Shown here piece by piece: positions 23,395 to 31,033 of a stretch of 32,209 bases of DNA. The stretch's first letter is position 1. The number at the start of each line of letters is the position of its first letter. The stretch is taken from assembly GCA_964619805.1 (NCBI GenBank), contig CAZUFJ010000018.1:1-32209 (forward strand). Direction: 5' to 3'. The stretch is from an uncultured Candidatus Peribacteria bacterium (GTDB lineage Bacteria > Patescibacteriota > Gracilibacteria > Peribacterales > Peribacteraceae). Both the position numbers and the translations under genes were made by a program. The notes below the pieces were generated by a model. The model worked only from the letters and a program-made list of their open reading frames with translations. It was not told where the DNA came from and did no database searches.

Positions 23395-23448
23395 GTATCC
23401 TAGCCCTAGCCCTAATCCTACTCCTAATCCTAATCCTCATCCTCATCC
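23395..23448. repeat. Nine tandem hexamers (plus strand GTATCC TAGCCC TAGCCC TAATCC TACTCC TAATCC TAATCC TCATCC TCATCC)
   Basis: Read directly. On the minus (transcribed) strand it is GGATGA x2, GGATTA x2, GGAGTA, GGATTA, GGGCTA x2, GGATAC. It ends 4 nt before the riboflavin kinase ATG. Confidence 0.95.
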
Positions 23449-23455
23449 TGCGCGA

Positions 23456-23483
23456 CCCCGGGACGCGACATCCCGGCTGCGGG
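23456..23483 (-). repeat. GC-rich stem-loop element, copy 3
   Basis: The minus strand reads CCCGCAGCCGGGATG-TCG-CGTCCCGGGG. It differs from copy 1 at two positions in and next to the stem, one of which turns a C-G pair into a U-G wobble. It lies 7 nt after the stop of the SLH gene. Confidence 0.8.
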
Positions 23484-23489
23484 AAGGTG

Positions 23490-24557
23490 CTACTGTGCCG
23501 CCCTCGCTCCATCCGCCATGCTCTTTGCGGTCTTCTGGATTTGTTCTGCGGAGCTCTTGAGCGCGGGTGAGAATTGTTTGGCTTGATCCGCCAGCCTCCA
23601 AGCATCGCTTGAGAGCCTAATGACATTCTCCTGATCGCCTGCAATCACGGCTCTATAAGCTCGGATGATCGCGCGATAGCTCTCAGTCATTTTCACTGCC
23701 GCCTTTGTCACGTCGCTATCAGGCTCGCTCTCATGTGCACCGCGAGCCGCAAGGAGTGCACGAACGGATGCGTAGTCAGCTTCCGCAATATCATTGCGAT
23801 CGAGTGCCTTTTGGATATTCTGGATCTCGGCCTCGGCGTAGGAAAGCAGATCCTGCGTGCGTTTGCCTTCCTTGTAGAGCATGAAACGATACAGAAAGAG
23901 CGCGACGTCGCCACGGGTTAAGTCGCGTGCAGGGCCGAGCGTGCCATCCTTCGATGCCATCGTCATGGAACTTGAGAGTGCATAACGCAAGTACGGGTAG
24001 TACCAAGCTGTCGAATCCGCGGCATCGCGCGAGAGGGGAATAGCGACTTCGCTAAACGCAGTCACATCCACTTTGTTCGCAATGAGCAGCATCTTAATAA
24101 ACTCCGCCTTCGTCACGGGCTTGTCGCCAAGAAAATTCGGCTTCTTCGGCGGTCCGTCGATGATCTTAAACGACTGGCGCGCGGCTTCGACGTAGGGCAG
24201 GTACCAAGCGGAGTTTTTGATGTCCTCATAAGGAGTCGTTTTTCCAAATTGCCCCAGTTGCTGAGCATTGAGGAGCGGCGCAATAATCAGCTTCACCGCC
24301 TCCGCGCGCGTGATCGGCTGCTCGGGGCGATACGTTCCATCGTCATAGCCCGTAATGATTTCCTTCTCTTTTAAATACCAAACGGCATCGAAGACCGTGT
24401 GACCCTTGGGAACGTCACTGAATGCCGGATCGGCGGCCAGGGCTACTGCCTGCGGAAAAACGAGCAGCGCTGCGATGAATGGAAGAGCGGCTGCGCGGCG
24501 GATCGAAGAGGAATGTACATGCATAGGCTTAACAAAGAAGGAGGATAGCAGCTTCAA
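23490..24557 (-). CDS. S-layer homology (SLH) domain-containing protein
   Basis: Signal peptide (..AALPFIAALLVFPQAVALA). Three SLH-like repeats: FSDVPKGHTVFDAVWYLKEKEIITGYDDGTYRPEQPITRAEAVKLI, YEDIKNSAWYLPYVE..VTKAEFIKML and a third ending in LTRGDVALFLYRF. The C-terminal region is helical. Confidence 0.8.
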   Translation of the reverse strand: MKLLSSFFVKPMHVHSSSIRRAAALPFIAALLVFPQAVALAADPAFSDVPKGHTVFDAVWYLKEKEIITGYDDGTYRPEQPITRAEAVKLIIAPLLNAQQLGQFGKTTPYEDIKNSAWYLPYVEAARQSFKIIDGPPKKPNFLGDKPVTKAEFIKMLLIANKVDVTAFSEVAIPLSRDAADSTAWYYPYLRYALSSSMTMASKDGTLGPARDLTRGDVALFLYRFMLYKEGKRTQDLLSYAEAEIQNIQKALDRNDIAEADYASVRALLAARGAHESEPDSDVTKAAVKMTESYRAIIRAYRAVIAGDQENVIRLSSDAWRLADQAKQFSPALKSSAEQIQKTAKSMADGARAAQ

Positions 24558-24623
24558 AAGGGGAAGTACACCGTGTTCATAAGTAGCCTGCCAATTTATT
24601 CGAAACCGTACTACACTTTTTTC

Positions 24624-24712
24624 GGAGGGATGGCTGAGTGGTCGAAAGCGCCTGACTTGAAATCAGGTAGACCCCTTGGGTCTCGTGGGTTCGAACCCCA
24701 CTCCCTCCGCCA
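24624..24712 (+). tRNA. tRNA-Ser (anticodon UGA), CCA encoded
   Basis: GGAGGGA-TG-GCTGAGTGGTCGAAAGC-G-CCTGA-CTTGAAA-TCAGG-long variable arm-GTGGG-TTCGAAC-CCCAC-TCCCTCC-G-CCA. Confidence 0.95.
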
Positions 24713-24733
24713 CGGCGTTCGCGAACGCCGTGG
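24710..24733 (+). terminator. 24-bp perfect palindrome overlapping the tRNA CCA end
   Basis: CCACGGCGTTCG/CGAACGCCGTGG. No T-tract follows, so terminator function is not certain. Confidence 0.5.
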
Positions 24734-24758
24734 ATCCGCCAGTCTGCTACGCAGCAGT

Positions 24759-24858
24759 CTGCGCCCGAGGACGGGCGCAGCTGGAACGAACGTATTCATT
24801 CTCATAACAATTCCAGCCGCTGCCGTCCCGGCTGCGGACTGCGCCCGCATGGGCGCAG
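24759..24858. repeat. Cluster of GC-rich hairpins, including GC-rich stem-loop element copy 4
   Basis: CTGCGCCCG-agga-CGGGCGCAG (24759-24780). CCAGCCGCTGCCGTCCCGGCTGCGG (24813-24837) carries CCGCAGCCGGGACG on the minus strand. CTGCGCCC-gcat-GGGCGCAG (24839-24858). The cluster lies between the convergent tRNA-Ser and tkt. Confidence 0.8.
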
Positions 24859-24866
24859 CAATACAT

Positions 24867-27203
24867 CTAAATTTCCGTCAACCTTTCTATTAATTCTTCA
24901 TTCTTCGGAAGCTTCTCTTCTCGCACGCTTCGCGATATCCAAAATTCTCGAAGCTGTTGCATGTATCCTTTTTCCGAGCGCAAACGCTCAATGAATGGCT
25001 CTACCTGTGTCCTAAATCTACTGAAGCGAGCGCTATTTTCCAGGGAAAACAAAGTTGTGACAAATGCATCCTCTCCTCCTTTTACCTCCGCACGCATTTC
25101 ATCCTCCACGGCATCCGCAATGCTCTCGTGGTCAAGCCCAGCGAGGAACAGAAGATCTTTGTCCGTGCCGGAGGGGAAGTAGCGTGTAAGACCGAGGCGA
25201 CGGAGAGAGCAGGGGAGCTGGAAGTCAGCGATGATATCCGCGACCTGCGTGGCAAGGCCACCATCGGTGTTATGGTCCTCCGCGACAACCAGATGCCCCG
25301 TCTCGAGTGCGGCTTGGAGAATCGAAGCAGCATCGAGCGGACGGATGCAGGCGACATTGAGAACGCGAACCATGATCTGCTTCTCTGTTGCGAGCGCATC
25401 GGCCGCTTTCACGGCTTCGTGCACGGGGATGCCGGTCGCGATGATCGTCACCTGGTCTTTCGTCGTGCCGGCTCCGCGGATCATGTCCGCTCTGCCATCG
25501 AACACATAGTCGCTTCCGTAGATCGGTTCTCCATGGGGCGTTTTCATTTGCTCATGACCGCTGCGTGGGGAAAAGACGAAGACGCTCTCGCACCCCTCTG
25601 CGATGAGGGAAATACCGCGCTCGGCCGCAGCCGCTGCTTGATTTGAGTCTGCGAGCATCCAGACCTGAGTGCTGCGGAAGGGAAGGTTTGTGTAATTCTG
25701 TTCCTGGTGCGTTTCGCCGTCTTCGCCGACGCTCGTGCCCGCGTGTGTGCAATCGTGAAGGACCGCGCAGCGCGTATGGAACGCATTGATGTCTATCAAG
25801 CGAGCGTTCGCGCGCGCCTCGTTCGTTGCGAAAGCGGCGAATGTGTAGGTGATCGGAAGCAGCCCAACCTGTCGCATGCCGGCTGCCATCATCGCCATGT
25901 TTGCCTCCGCAACGCCGACATTGAGCACACGATCGGGGAATTCTTTCTCCACCACATCGAAACCGCCGGAAGCCGCGAGGTCCGCATGCAAAACGACGAT
26001 GCGCGGATCGGCGGTCATGAGATTCTTCACGTGGGTCGCGCCGAAATCTTTGCGCGCGGCGCCTTTGTCTTTCGTGATCGAGCGCTTGTATCCCTTCAAG
26101 TTCGCGACATCCCAAGAAAGTTTTCGATTCGTCTGTACAGGTTTCTTCGCGGAGTAGCGTTTTTTTTCCTGCTCACGGAATGGTTCATATTCTTTGAGCA
26201 TGCCTTCCAGCTTCGGCAAATTGTTCAACGCTTGTTCCGCCATTTCCTTCGAGAGGGGGGTGCCATGAAAGTTCTGCTTCCCTGTGTTCGAACCCTCTTC
26301 CATCAGTTTCACTCCGTGACCCATCGTCGTGTAGTAGCAAATGAAGATTGGCTTCCCCTTGCCAATAAATCCGTCTGCCGCATCAAGCGCTGCGGCCACT
26401 TGCGCAGGATCATTTCCATTCTGCACTTCGATCACGTTCCACCCTGTTGCTGTCGCGATTGCGGCGAAATCTGCAGCGACGGTGCGTGATGGCATTCCGG
26501 AAAGTTGAATGTCATTGAAATCACCGTGGACAACTAAGTTATCGAGGCGCAGGTGAGCGGCCAGACGAAATGCTTCCTGCACTTGTCCTTCCTGGCAGTC
26601 GCCGTCTGCGAGCAGGACATCCACTACTCCTTTCTCCTTTTGCATCTTGAGTCCGAGTGCCGCACCGAGTGCATTGCTCACGCCCTTGCCGAGCGGTCCT
26701 GTGCCAAATGGAATATCGCCGATGCCGGCTTCCACGTGTCCAGGCAGTCCATCGGGAATGCGAAATGTATCAATAATTGCTTGGGGGGTTTGTAGTCTCT
26801 TATCATTTCCTTCACGCCCGAACATCCACTGGAGTCCGTATGCGAGCAACGACAGATGCCCCGCGCTGTAGCGAAGCGGTTGATCCACGGCAGCATCTCG
26901 ACGCTTTGCGAGCAGATAAGCGAAGGTAAAGGATGACAATGGCCCTCCAGGGTGGCCAGATGCGTGTTTCAATGGCGCCTCAATACAGAGGTGGCACATG
27001 ATCGCATGTGCGATCGTGTAGGCCTTCTGGCCTTCCTGTGAGAGTGATACAGCATTGTTTGGCCCGATCCAGCTCATGAGGCCAGGTTCACTCGCGGCAA
27101 AAATTCGCTGCAGCGAGAGCGGAACGTCGGATGGGGATTTCCCAACAAGAGCGCCTTTTTCGGGTCTTTTCGTCTGCACGAGTTTTAGTCTAGGGAGAAG
27201 CAA
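24867..27203 (-). CDS. tkt: Transketolase (long form, 778 aa)
   Basis: SGHPGGPLSS, GTGPLGKGVSNALGAALG and DGDCQEGQVQEA..L.LDNLVV..D.N.IQ are TPP-binding motifs. Pyrimidine-binding and C-terminal domains are present. There is extra sequence at both termini. Confidence 0.9.
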   Translation of the reverse strand: MLLPRLKLVQTKRPEKGALVGKSPSDVPLSLQRIFAASEPGLMSWIGPNNAVSLSQEGQKAYTIAHAIMCHLCIEAPLKHASGHPGGPLSSFTFAYLLAKRRDAAVDQPLRYSAGHLSLLAYGLQWMFGREGNDKRLQTPQAIIDTFRIPDGLPGHVEAGIGDIPFGTGPLGKGVSNALGAALGLKMQKEKGVVDVLLADGDCQEGQVQEAFRLAAHLRLDNLVVHGDFNDIQLSGMPSRTVAADFAAIATATGWNVIEVQNGNDPAQVAAALDAADGFIGKGKPIFICYYTTMGHGVKLMEEGSNTGKQNFHGTPLSKEMAEQALNNLPKLEGMLKEYEPFREQEKKRYSAKKPVQTNRKLSWDVANLKGYKRSITKDKGAARKDFGATHVKNLMTADPRIVVLHADLAASGGFDVVEKEFPDRVLNVGVAEANMAMMAAGMRQVGLLPITYTFAAFATNEARANARLIDINAFHTRCAVLHDCTHAGTSVGEDGETHQEQNYTNLPFRSTQVWMLADSNQAAAAAERGISLIAEGCESVFVFSPRSGHEQMKTPHGEPIYGSDYVFDGRADMIRGAGTTKDQVTIIATGIPVHEAVKAADALATEKQIMVRVLNVACIRPLDAASILQAALETGHLVVAEDHNTDGGLATQVADIIADFQLPCSLRRLGLTRYFPSGTDKDLLFLAGLDHESIADAVEDEMRAEVKGGEDAFVTTLFSLENSARFSRFRTQVEPFIERLRSEKGYMQQLREFWISRSVREEKLPKNEELIERLTEI

Positions 27204-27281
27204 GAATCTCGTAAAGCGTCACATCGGTTTGACAGTTTCTCGAAAATCTCAATACTGCCGCCAACCTTTTCCTCAGACTTC

Positions 27282-27671
27282 ATGGTTAACTTTGCATCGG
27301 GAACTCAGTGGGAAAAGAGCGATGAACAGATCATCGATCCGTTCGACTCGCTTCCACAAATCGCGCCAGCTGCAGGTTATTATCGAAATATCATGGTGAA
27401 ATACATCGGTGATAAAGTAGAGGAGGGAGCGAACGAAGAAATACAAAGGTACAATGCAACATCTGCTGAGCGTAGCAATCCCAATGCTGTTTCAGAGAAG
27501 AGCGCACAGAGGGAAGGGATAAGTTTTACGAGCGATGAACCCGCTTCTCTCATTGAGGGTGACTACGCCGATCTAGATTCTTCTGCACGCGCTGAATATG
27601 CGGCATTTTGTAACAGGTATCCGGAAGAGTTGAAGAAATTCGGACTTACAGCTGAGCAGTTTTCTGCCTAA
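27282..27671 (+). CDS. Hypothetical acidic protein
   Basis: 129-aa ORF with no recognisable motifs. A possible promoter is TTGACA (27229-27234), 16 nt, AATACT (27251-27256). No clear SD. Its stop abuts the stop of the convergent gene. Confidence 0.4.
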   Translation: MVNFASGTQWEKSDEQIIDPFDSLPQIAPAAGYYRNIMVKYIGDKVEEGANEEIQRYNATSAERSNPNAVSEKSAQREGISFTSDEPASLIEGDYADLDSSARAEYAAFCNRYPEELKKFGLTAEQFSA

Positions 27672-28448
27672 TTATCGAAGAACCAGCGCTCTCGGAGTCC
27701 CTGTCATCGTCTCCTCTTTGACCCCCGTCCAATCGTGGACTGCAGAGATCAACACATCTTTCGAATAGCGATATTCAGCACCGCGTTTCGTGCCAACGTC
27801 ATTGGTGATGAATGCATCATTATCGTATCCGATCACAACAAGCATGTGATACCACGGGCCTTCGCCGCTGAAGTACGGGTTGCCGAGGTCGCGACCGGCG
27901 GCAGGGATGATGATAGGATGACCCTCTGAAAGAATGCGCTCAAAATTTTCCTCGGAAATATCGGTGATCATCTCTCCATTGAGTCCGTAATGATCGCGCG
28001 CAATGGTCTGAAGTTGCGTGATCGTCACGTCATATCCATATCCATTCGCAGTTTCCCACGCGATCAATGCTTGAAGTTCATCCTCCATCTGTTGCTCGGT
28101 AATCCCTTCCCCTCGCAAAAATTGTCGGACGAGAATGAGCGACGCCTCCTCGCACGATTCCTCATGCAATGCATCCCAATTTGCAAATGGTGCCTGCGAT
28201 GCGAAGGGCACTTTGATCAAGACGCTCCCGGGCACAACTTCCGCCTTGGGCGTTTCTTCCGCAGCCGGGACATCGGGTCCCGGGGAAGAGGTTGCAGCTG
28301 CAGCTGATGAATTCGTTGTAAGAGAAGAAATAGAAGATGAAGAAAATGAACTCTTCGACGGCAGATCAAAAACGACCTCCGGTTTGCGGTTACAAGCGAT
28401 GAGAGCGAGAGGGATTGCGATGCCGACGAGGATGCGGAATGTCTTCAT
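27672..28448 (-). CDS. Lipoprotein with a C39-like (papain-fold) peptidase domain
   Basis: MKTFRILVGIAIPLALIAC has a lipobox. A Ser-rich linker follows. VPFASQAPFANWDALHEESCEEASL and YHMLVVIGYD resemble the Peptidase_C39_2 Cys and His regions. I prefer the start at ATG 28448. Confidence 0.6.
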   Translation of the reverse strand: MKTFRILVGIAIPLALIACNRKPEVVFDLPSKSSFSSSSISSLTTNSSAAAATSSPGPDVPAAEETPKAEVVPGSVLIKVPFASQAPFANWDALHEESCEEASLILVRQFLRGEGITEQQMEDELQALIAWETANGYGYDVTITQLQTIARDHYGLNGEMITDISEENFERILSEGHPIIIPAAGRDLGNPYFSGEGPWYHMLVVIGYDNDAFITNDVGTKRGAEYRYSKDVLISAVHDWTGVKEETMTGTPRALVLR

Positions 28449-28494
28449 AGAATGTGAAGAGCTGCTATAATAAGAGTATCCCACCCTGTCTGCC

Positions 28495-29157
28495 ATGAAG
28501 CTCTTCTTGGATTCCGCGAACGTCGCTCACGTAGCTGAAATTGCGTCGTGGGGAGTTTTGGATGGAGTCACGACAAATCCGACCCTTGTTGCGAAAGAGG
28601 CAAAAGACGGTTCGGGAACCTCGCCACAAGCTTTTAAGAAAACCGTCCTCGAGATGTGCAAATTGGTCCCCTGCGTTTCAGCCCAAGTAACGGCAACCGA
28701 TACGAAAGGAATGATCAAGCAGGGCGAGGAATATGCAGGCTGGCACAAGCACGTTGTTGTCAAAGTGCCGATGACAACCGAAGGGCTGAGGGCTTTGAGC
28801 TCTTTTAAAAAGAAGGGAATCAAGACGAACACGACGCTCATTTTTTCCGCAGCCCAGGCGCTGCTCGCTGCAAAAGCCGGCGCGACGATGGTGAGCCCCT
28901 TCATCGGTCGCTTGGATGATCAGGGTGAGGATGGGATGAAGCTGATTGAAGAAATTGTTCAAATTTTTGATAACTACAACCTCGATTGCGAAGTGCTGGT
29001 CGCATCGACGCGACACCCTCGCCACATCGTGGATGCAGCGCTTATCGGTGCCGACATCTGCACGATTCCGTATGATGTCTTTACAAAACTTCCGAAGCAC
29101 ACGCTGACGGATACCGGACTCAAGAAGTTTTTGGATGATTGGAAGAACGTGAAGTAG
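28495..29157 (+). CDS. tal: Transaldolase / fructose-6-phosphate aldolase family (short type 3B)
   Basis: MKLFLDSANV..E......GVLDGVTTNPTL, VVKVPMT.EGL and TNTTLIFSAAQALLAAKAGATMVSPFIGRLDD. 220 aa. Confidence 0.92.
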   Translation: MKLFLDSANVAHVAEIASWGVLDGVTTNPTLVAKEAKDGSGTSPQAFKKTVLEMCKLVPCVSAQVTATDTKGMIKQGEEYAGWHKHVVVKVPMTTEGLRALSSFKKKGIKTNTTLIFSAAQALLAAKAGATMVSPFIGRLDDQGEDGMKLIEEIVQIFDNYNLDCEVLVASTRHPRHIVDAALIGADICTIPYDVFTKLPKHTLTDTGLKKFLDDWKNVK

Positions 29158-29159
29158 GT

Positions 29160-29531
29160 TTACCGATCCCAAAGACTTTTTCCTTCCATGCAAAGAAGAA
29201 TCTTTTCTTTGATGAGCAGAATCGACATATCAAACGTCTCATCATTAATTTTGCGTGTTCTTAAAAACGTGCGAAACGCCATCAGCATGGCCTTCCAATA
29301 ATCTTCGTCACCCCACGCGAGAGAATGAGCAAAAGCATTTGCGTACTCCCAGTCTTCCCAGCCCGCAAGCGGAGAAAAGTTTAAATCATTCATTTTCTCT
29401 AAAAATTCTTGATACGTAATCGATGGGAGCATGGTGACTTCCTCGTTATCACGAGGAATGAGCTTTCTTTCCTTCCGTATCTGTAAACCCGTTTCCTCAA
29501 GCTGCTCATCGGTCATTTGCTCAATTTTCAT
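29160..29531 (-). CDS. Hypothetical protein (AT-rich orphan between tal and gnd)
   Basis: The ORF is open to 29594, but the ATG at 29531 (MKIEQMTDEQ) has AGGA 11 nt upstream and leaves room for the gnd promoter. Acidic and Trp-rich, with no recognised motif. Visibly lower GC than its flanks. Confidence 0.5.
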   Translation of the reverse strand: MKIEQMTDEQLEETGLQIRKERKLIPRDNEEVTMLPSITYQEFLEKMNDLNFSPLAGWEDWEYANAFAHSLAWGDEDYWKAMLMAFRTFLRTRKINDETFDMSILLIKEKILLCMEGKSLWDR

Positions 29532-29599
29532 AGAGAGGCATCCTAACTTCTCATCCTCGCCTGTCAATGTGAAGAAAAGCCCATCATAGGGCAAGGTCC

Positions 29600-31024
29600 A
29601 TGTATCATGGGAGCGTGAAGAGTACGCAGTTCGGTGTCATCGGCCTCGGAACGATGGGTGCGAACCTGGCGCGTAATGCAGCCAGGAACGGAGCGAAGGT
29701 CGTGCTGTTTAATCGGACGCGCGAAAAAGTAGAGCTCTTTTTGCATGAGTATAAAAAAGAAGGGCAATTTGTCGGTGCGACGACGCTAGGCGAGTTTTGC
29801 GAAGCACTCGAAAAACCGCGCGCAATACTGCTCATGGTGAAGGCGGGGCAACCTGTGGATGATTTGATTGCCGAACTCACACCTCTTCTATCAAAAGGGG
29901 ACATTCTGATCGATGGTGGCAACAGTCACTACCGCGATACGGCGCGGCGAGAAACTCAGTTGAAAACGCGCGGTATTCACTTCATCGGTATGGGCGTATC
30001 GGGGGGCGAAGAAGGAGCGCTCAATGGTCCAAGCCTCATGCCGGGAGGATCCAGTGAAGCGATCGAAGCTCTCATGCCGCTCCTGCAAATAATGGCGGCG
30101 GATGACTCCGCGAATGGGAAATGCGTCGCAAACCTCGGCCCCGCGGGTGCGGGGCATTTTGTGAAGATGGTCCATAACGGCATCGAATATGGCGTCATGC
30201 AGATTCTTGCGGAGGCCTACCACTTGCTCAAAATCGAAGGCGGACTTTCAAATGCTGAGCTGGCAAAGATTTTTGCGAAGTGGAATGAGACGGAGGAGAT
30301 GCGCAGTTTCTTGATCGAGAGCACGACGAAGATTTTTGCGACAAAAGATCCGGAGGGTGGAGGTGATTTGCTCGATGCGATTTCCGAAAGTGCGGGACAG
30401 AAGGGGACGGGCCGTTGGACGACGGAAGCAGCACTCGGCTACGGCGTTTCCGTACCAACCATCACGGCGGGCATGGAAGCACGAATCATTTCGACTGCAG
30501 TTGATTTTCGCGCACTGCGAAGTAAAGAAACGCCTGCGGATTCCGCGGAGGGATTGCTCACAAAAAAAGAAATGGCCGAGGCCGTCCGAAGCGCGGTGGA
30601 GCTCGCAACACTCAATGCCTACGCACAGGGGTTCCAGTTGCTTTCCGCAGGAGGACAAGCCGAAGGTTGGCAGCTCACTATCTCGGAGATCGCACGCATC
30701 TGGCGCGGCGGCTGCATTATCCGCTCTGGCGTGCTCCCGCTGTGGCAGCGCGCGTTTTCGGGCGATAGCCAGGCAGGCCTCGCTCTTCGAAAACGCTGCT
30801 CCGGTGACCGGCTTCGCGCATTTCGCGCCGTCGTTGCGCACGGCGCACTTCGCGGTATCCCGCTCCCTGCGCTGTCTTCCGCACTTTGGTATTACGATGC
30901 ATACAGATCAGCGTGGCTGCCTCAGAATCTGACCCAAGCGCAGCGCGATTTCTTCGGCGCACACGGAGTCGAGAGAAAGGGAAAACCTGGAACATTCCAC
31001 GCAGATTGGGGGAAAAAATCATAA
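29600..31024 (+). CDS. gnd: 6-phosphogluconate dehydrogenase (decarboxylating)
   Basis: FGVIGLGTMGANLARN Rossmann motif, GMGVSGGEEGALNGPSLMPGG, GAGHFVKMVHNGIEYG. 474 aa. The start could be GTG 29615. Confidence 0.93.
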   Translation: MYHGSVKSTQFGVIGLGTMGANLARNAARNGAKVVLFNRTREKVELFLHEYKKEGQFVGATTLGEFCEALEKPRAILLMVKAGQPVDDLIAELTPLLSKGDILIDGGNSHYRDTARRETQLKTRGIHFIGMGVSGGEEGALNGPSLMPGGSSEAIEALMPLLQIMAADDSANGKCVANLGPAGAGHFVKMVHNGIEYGVMQILAEAYHLLKIEGGLSNAELAKIFAKWNETEEMRSFLIESTTKIFATKDPEGGGDLLDAISESAGQKGTGRWTTEAALGYGVSVPTITAGMEARIISTAVDFRALRSKETPADSAEGLLTKKEMAEAVRSAVELATLNAYAQGFQLLSAGGQAEGWQLTISEIARIWRGGCIIRSGVLPLWQRAFSGDSQAGLALRKRCSGDRLRAFRAVVAHGALRGIPLPALSSALWYYDAYRSAWLPQNLTQAQRDFFGAHGVERKGKPGTFHADWGKKS

Positions 31025-31033
31025 AGAGAGGCA

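Noticed and set aside
23387-23644. 85-aa minus-strand ORF overlapping the end of the SLH gene
   Set aside because: Most of it is out-of-frame overlap with the SLH gene and the GC-rich stem-loop. Only the last 19 codons (23446-23387), which coincide with the hexamer repeat, are discussed as a possible uORF.
24573-24893. ORFs 24573-24893 (+) and 24611-24850 (-)
   Set aside because: They run through tRNA-Ser(UGA) and the GC-rich hairpin cluster, and their products are low-complexity. They are non-coding.
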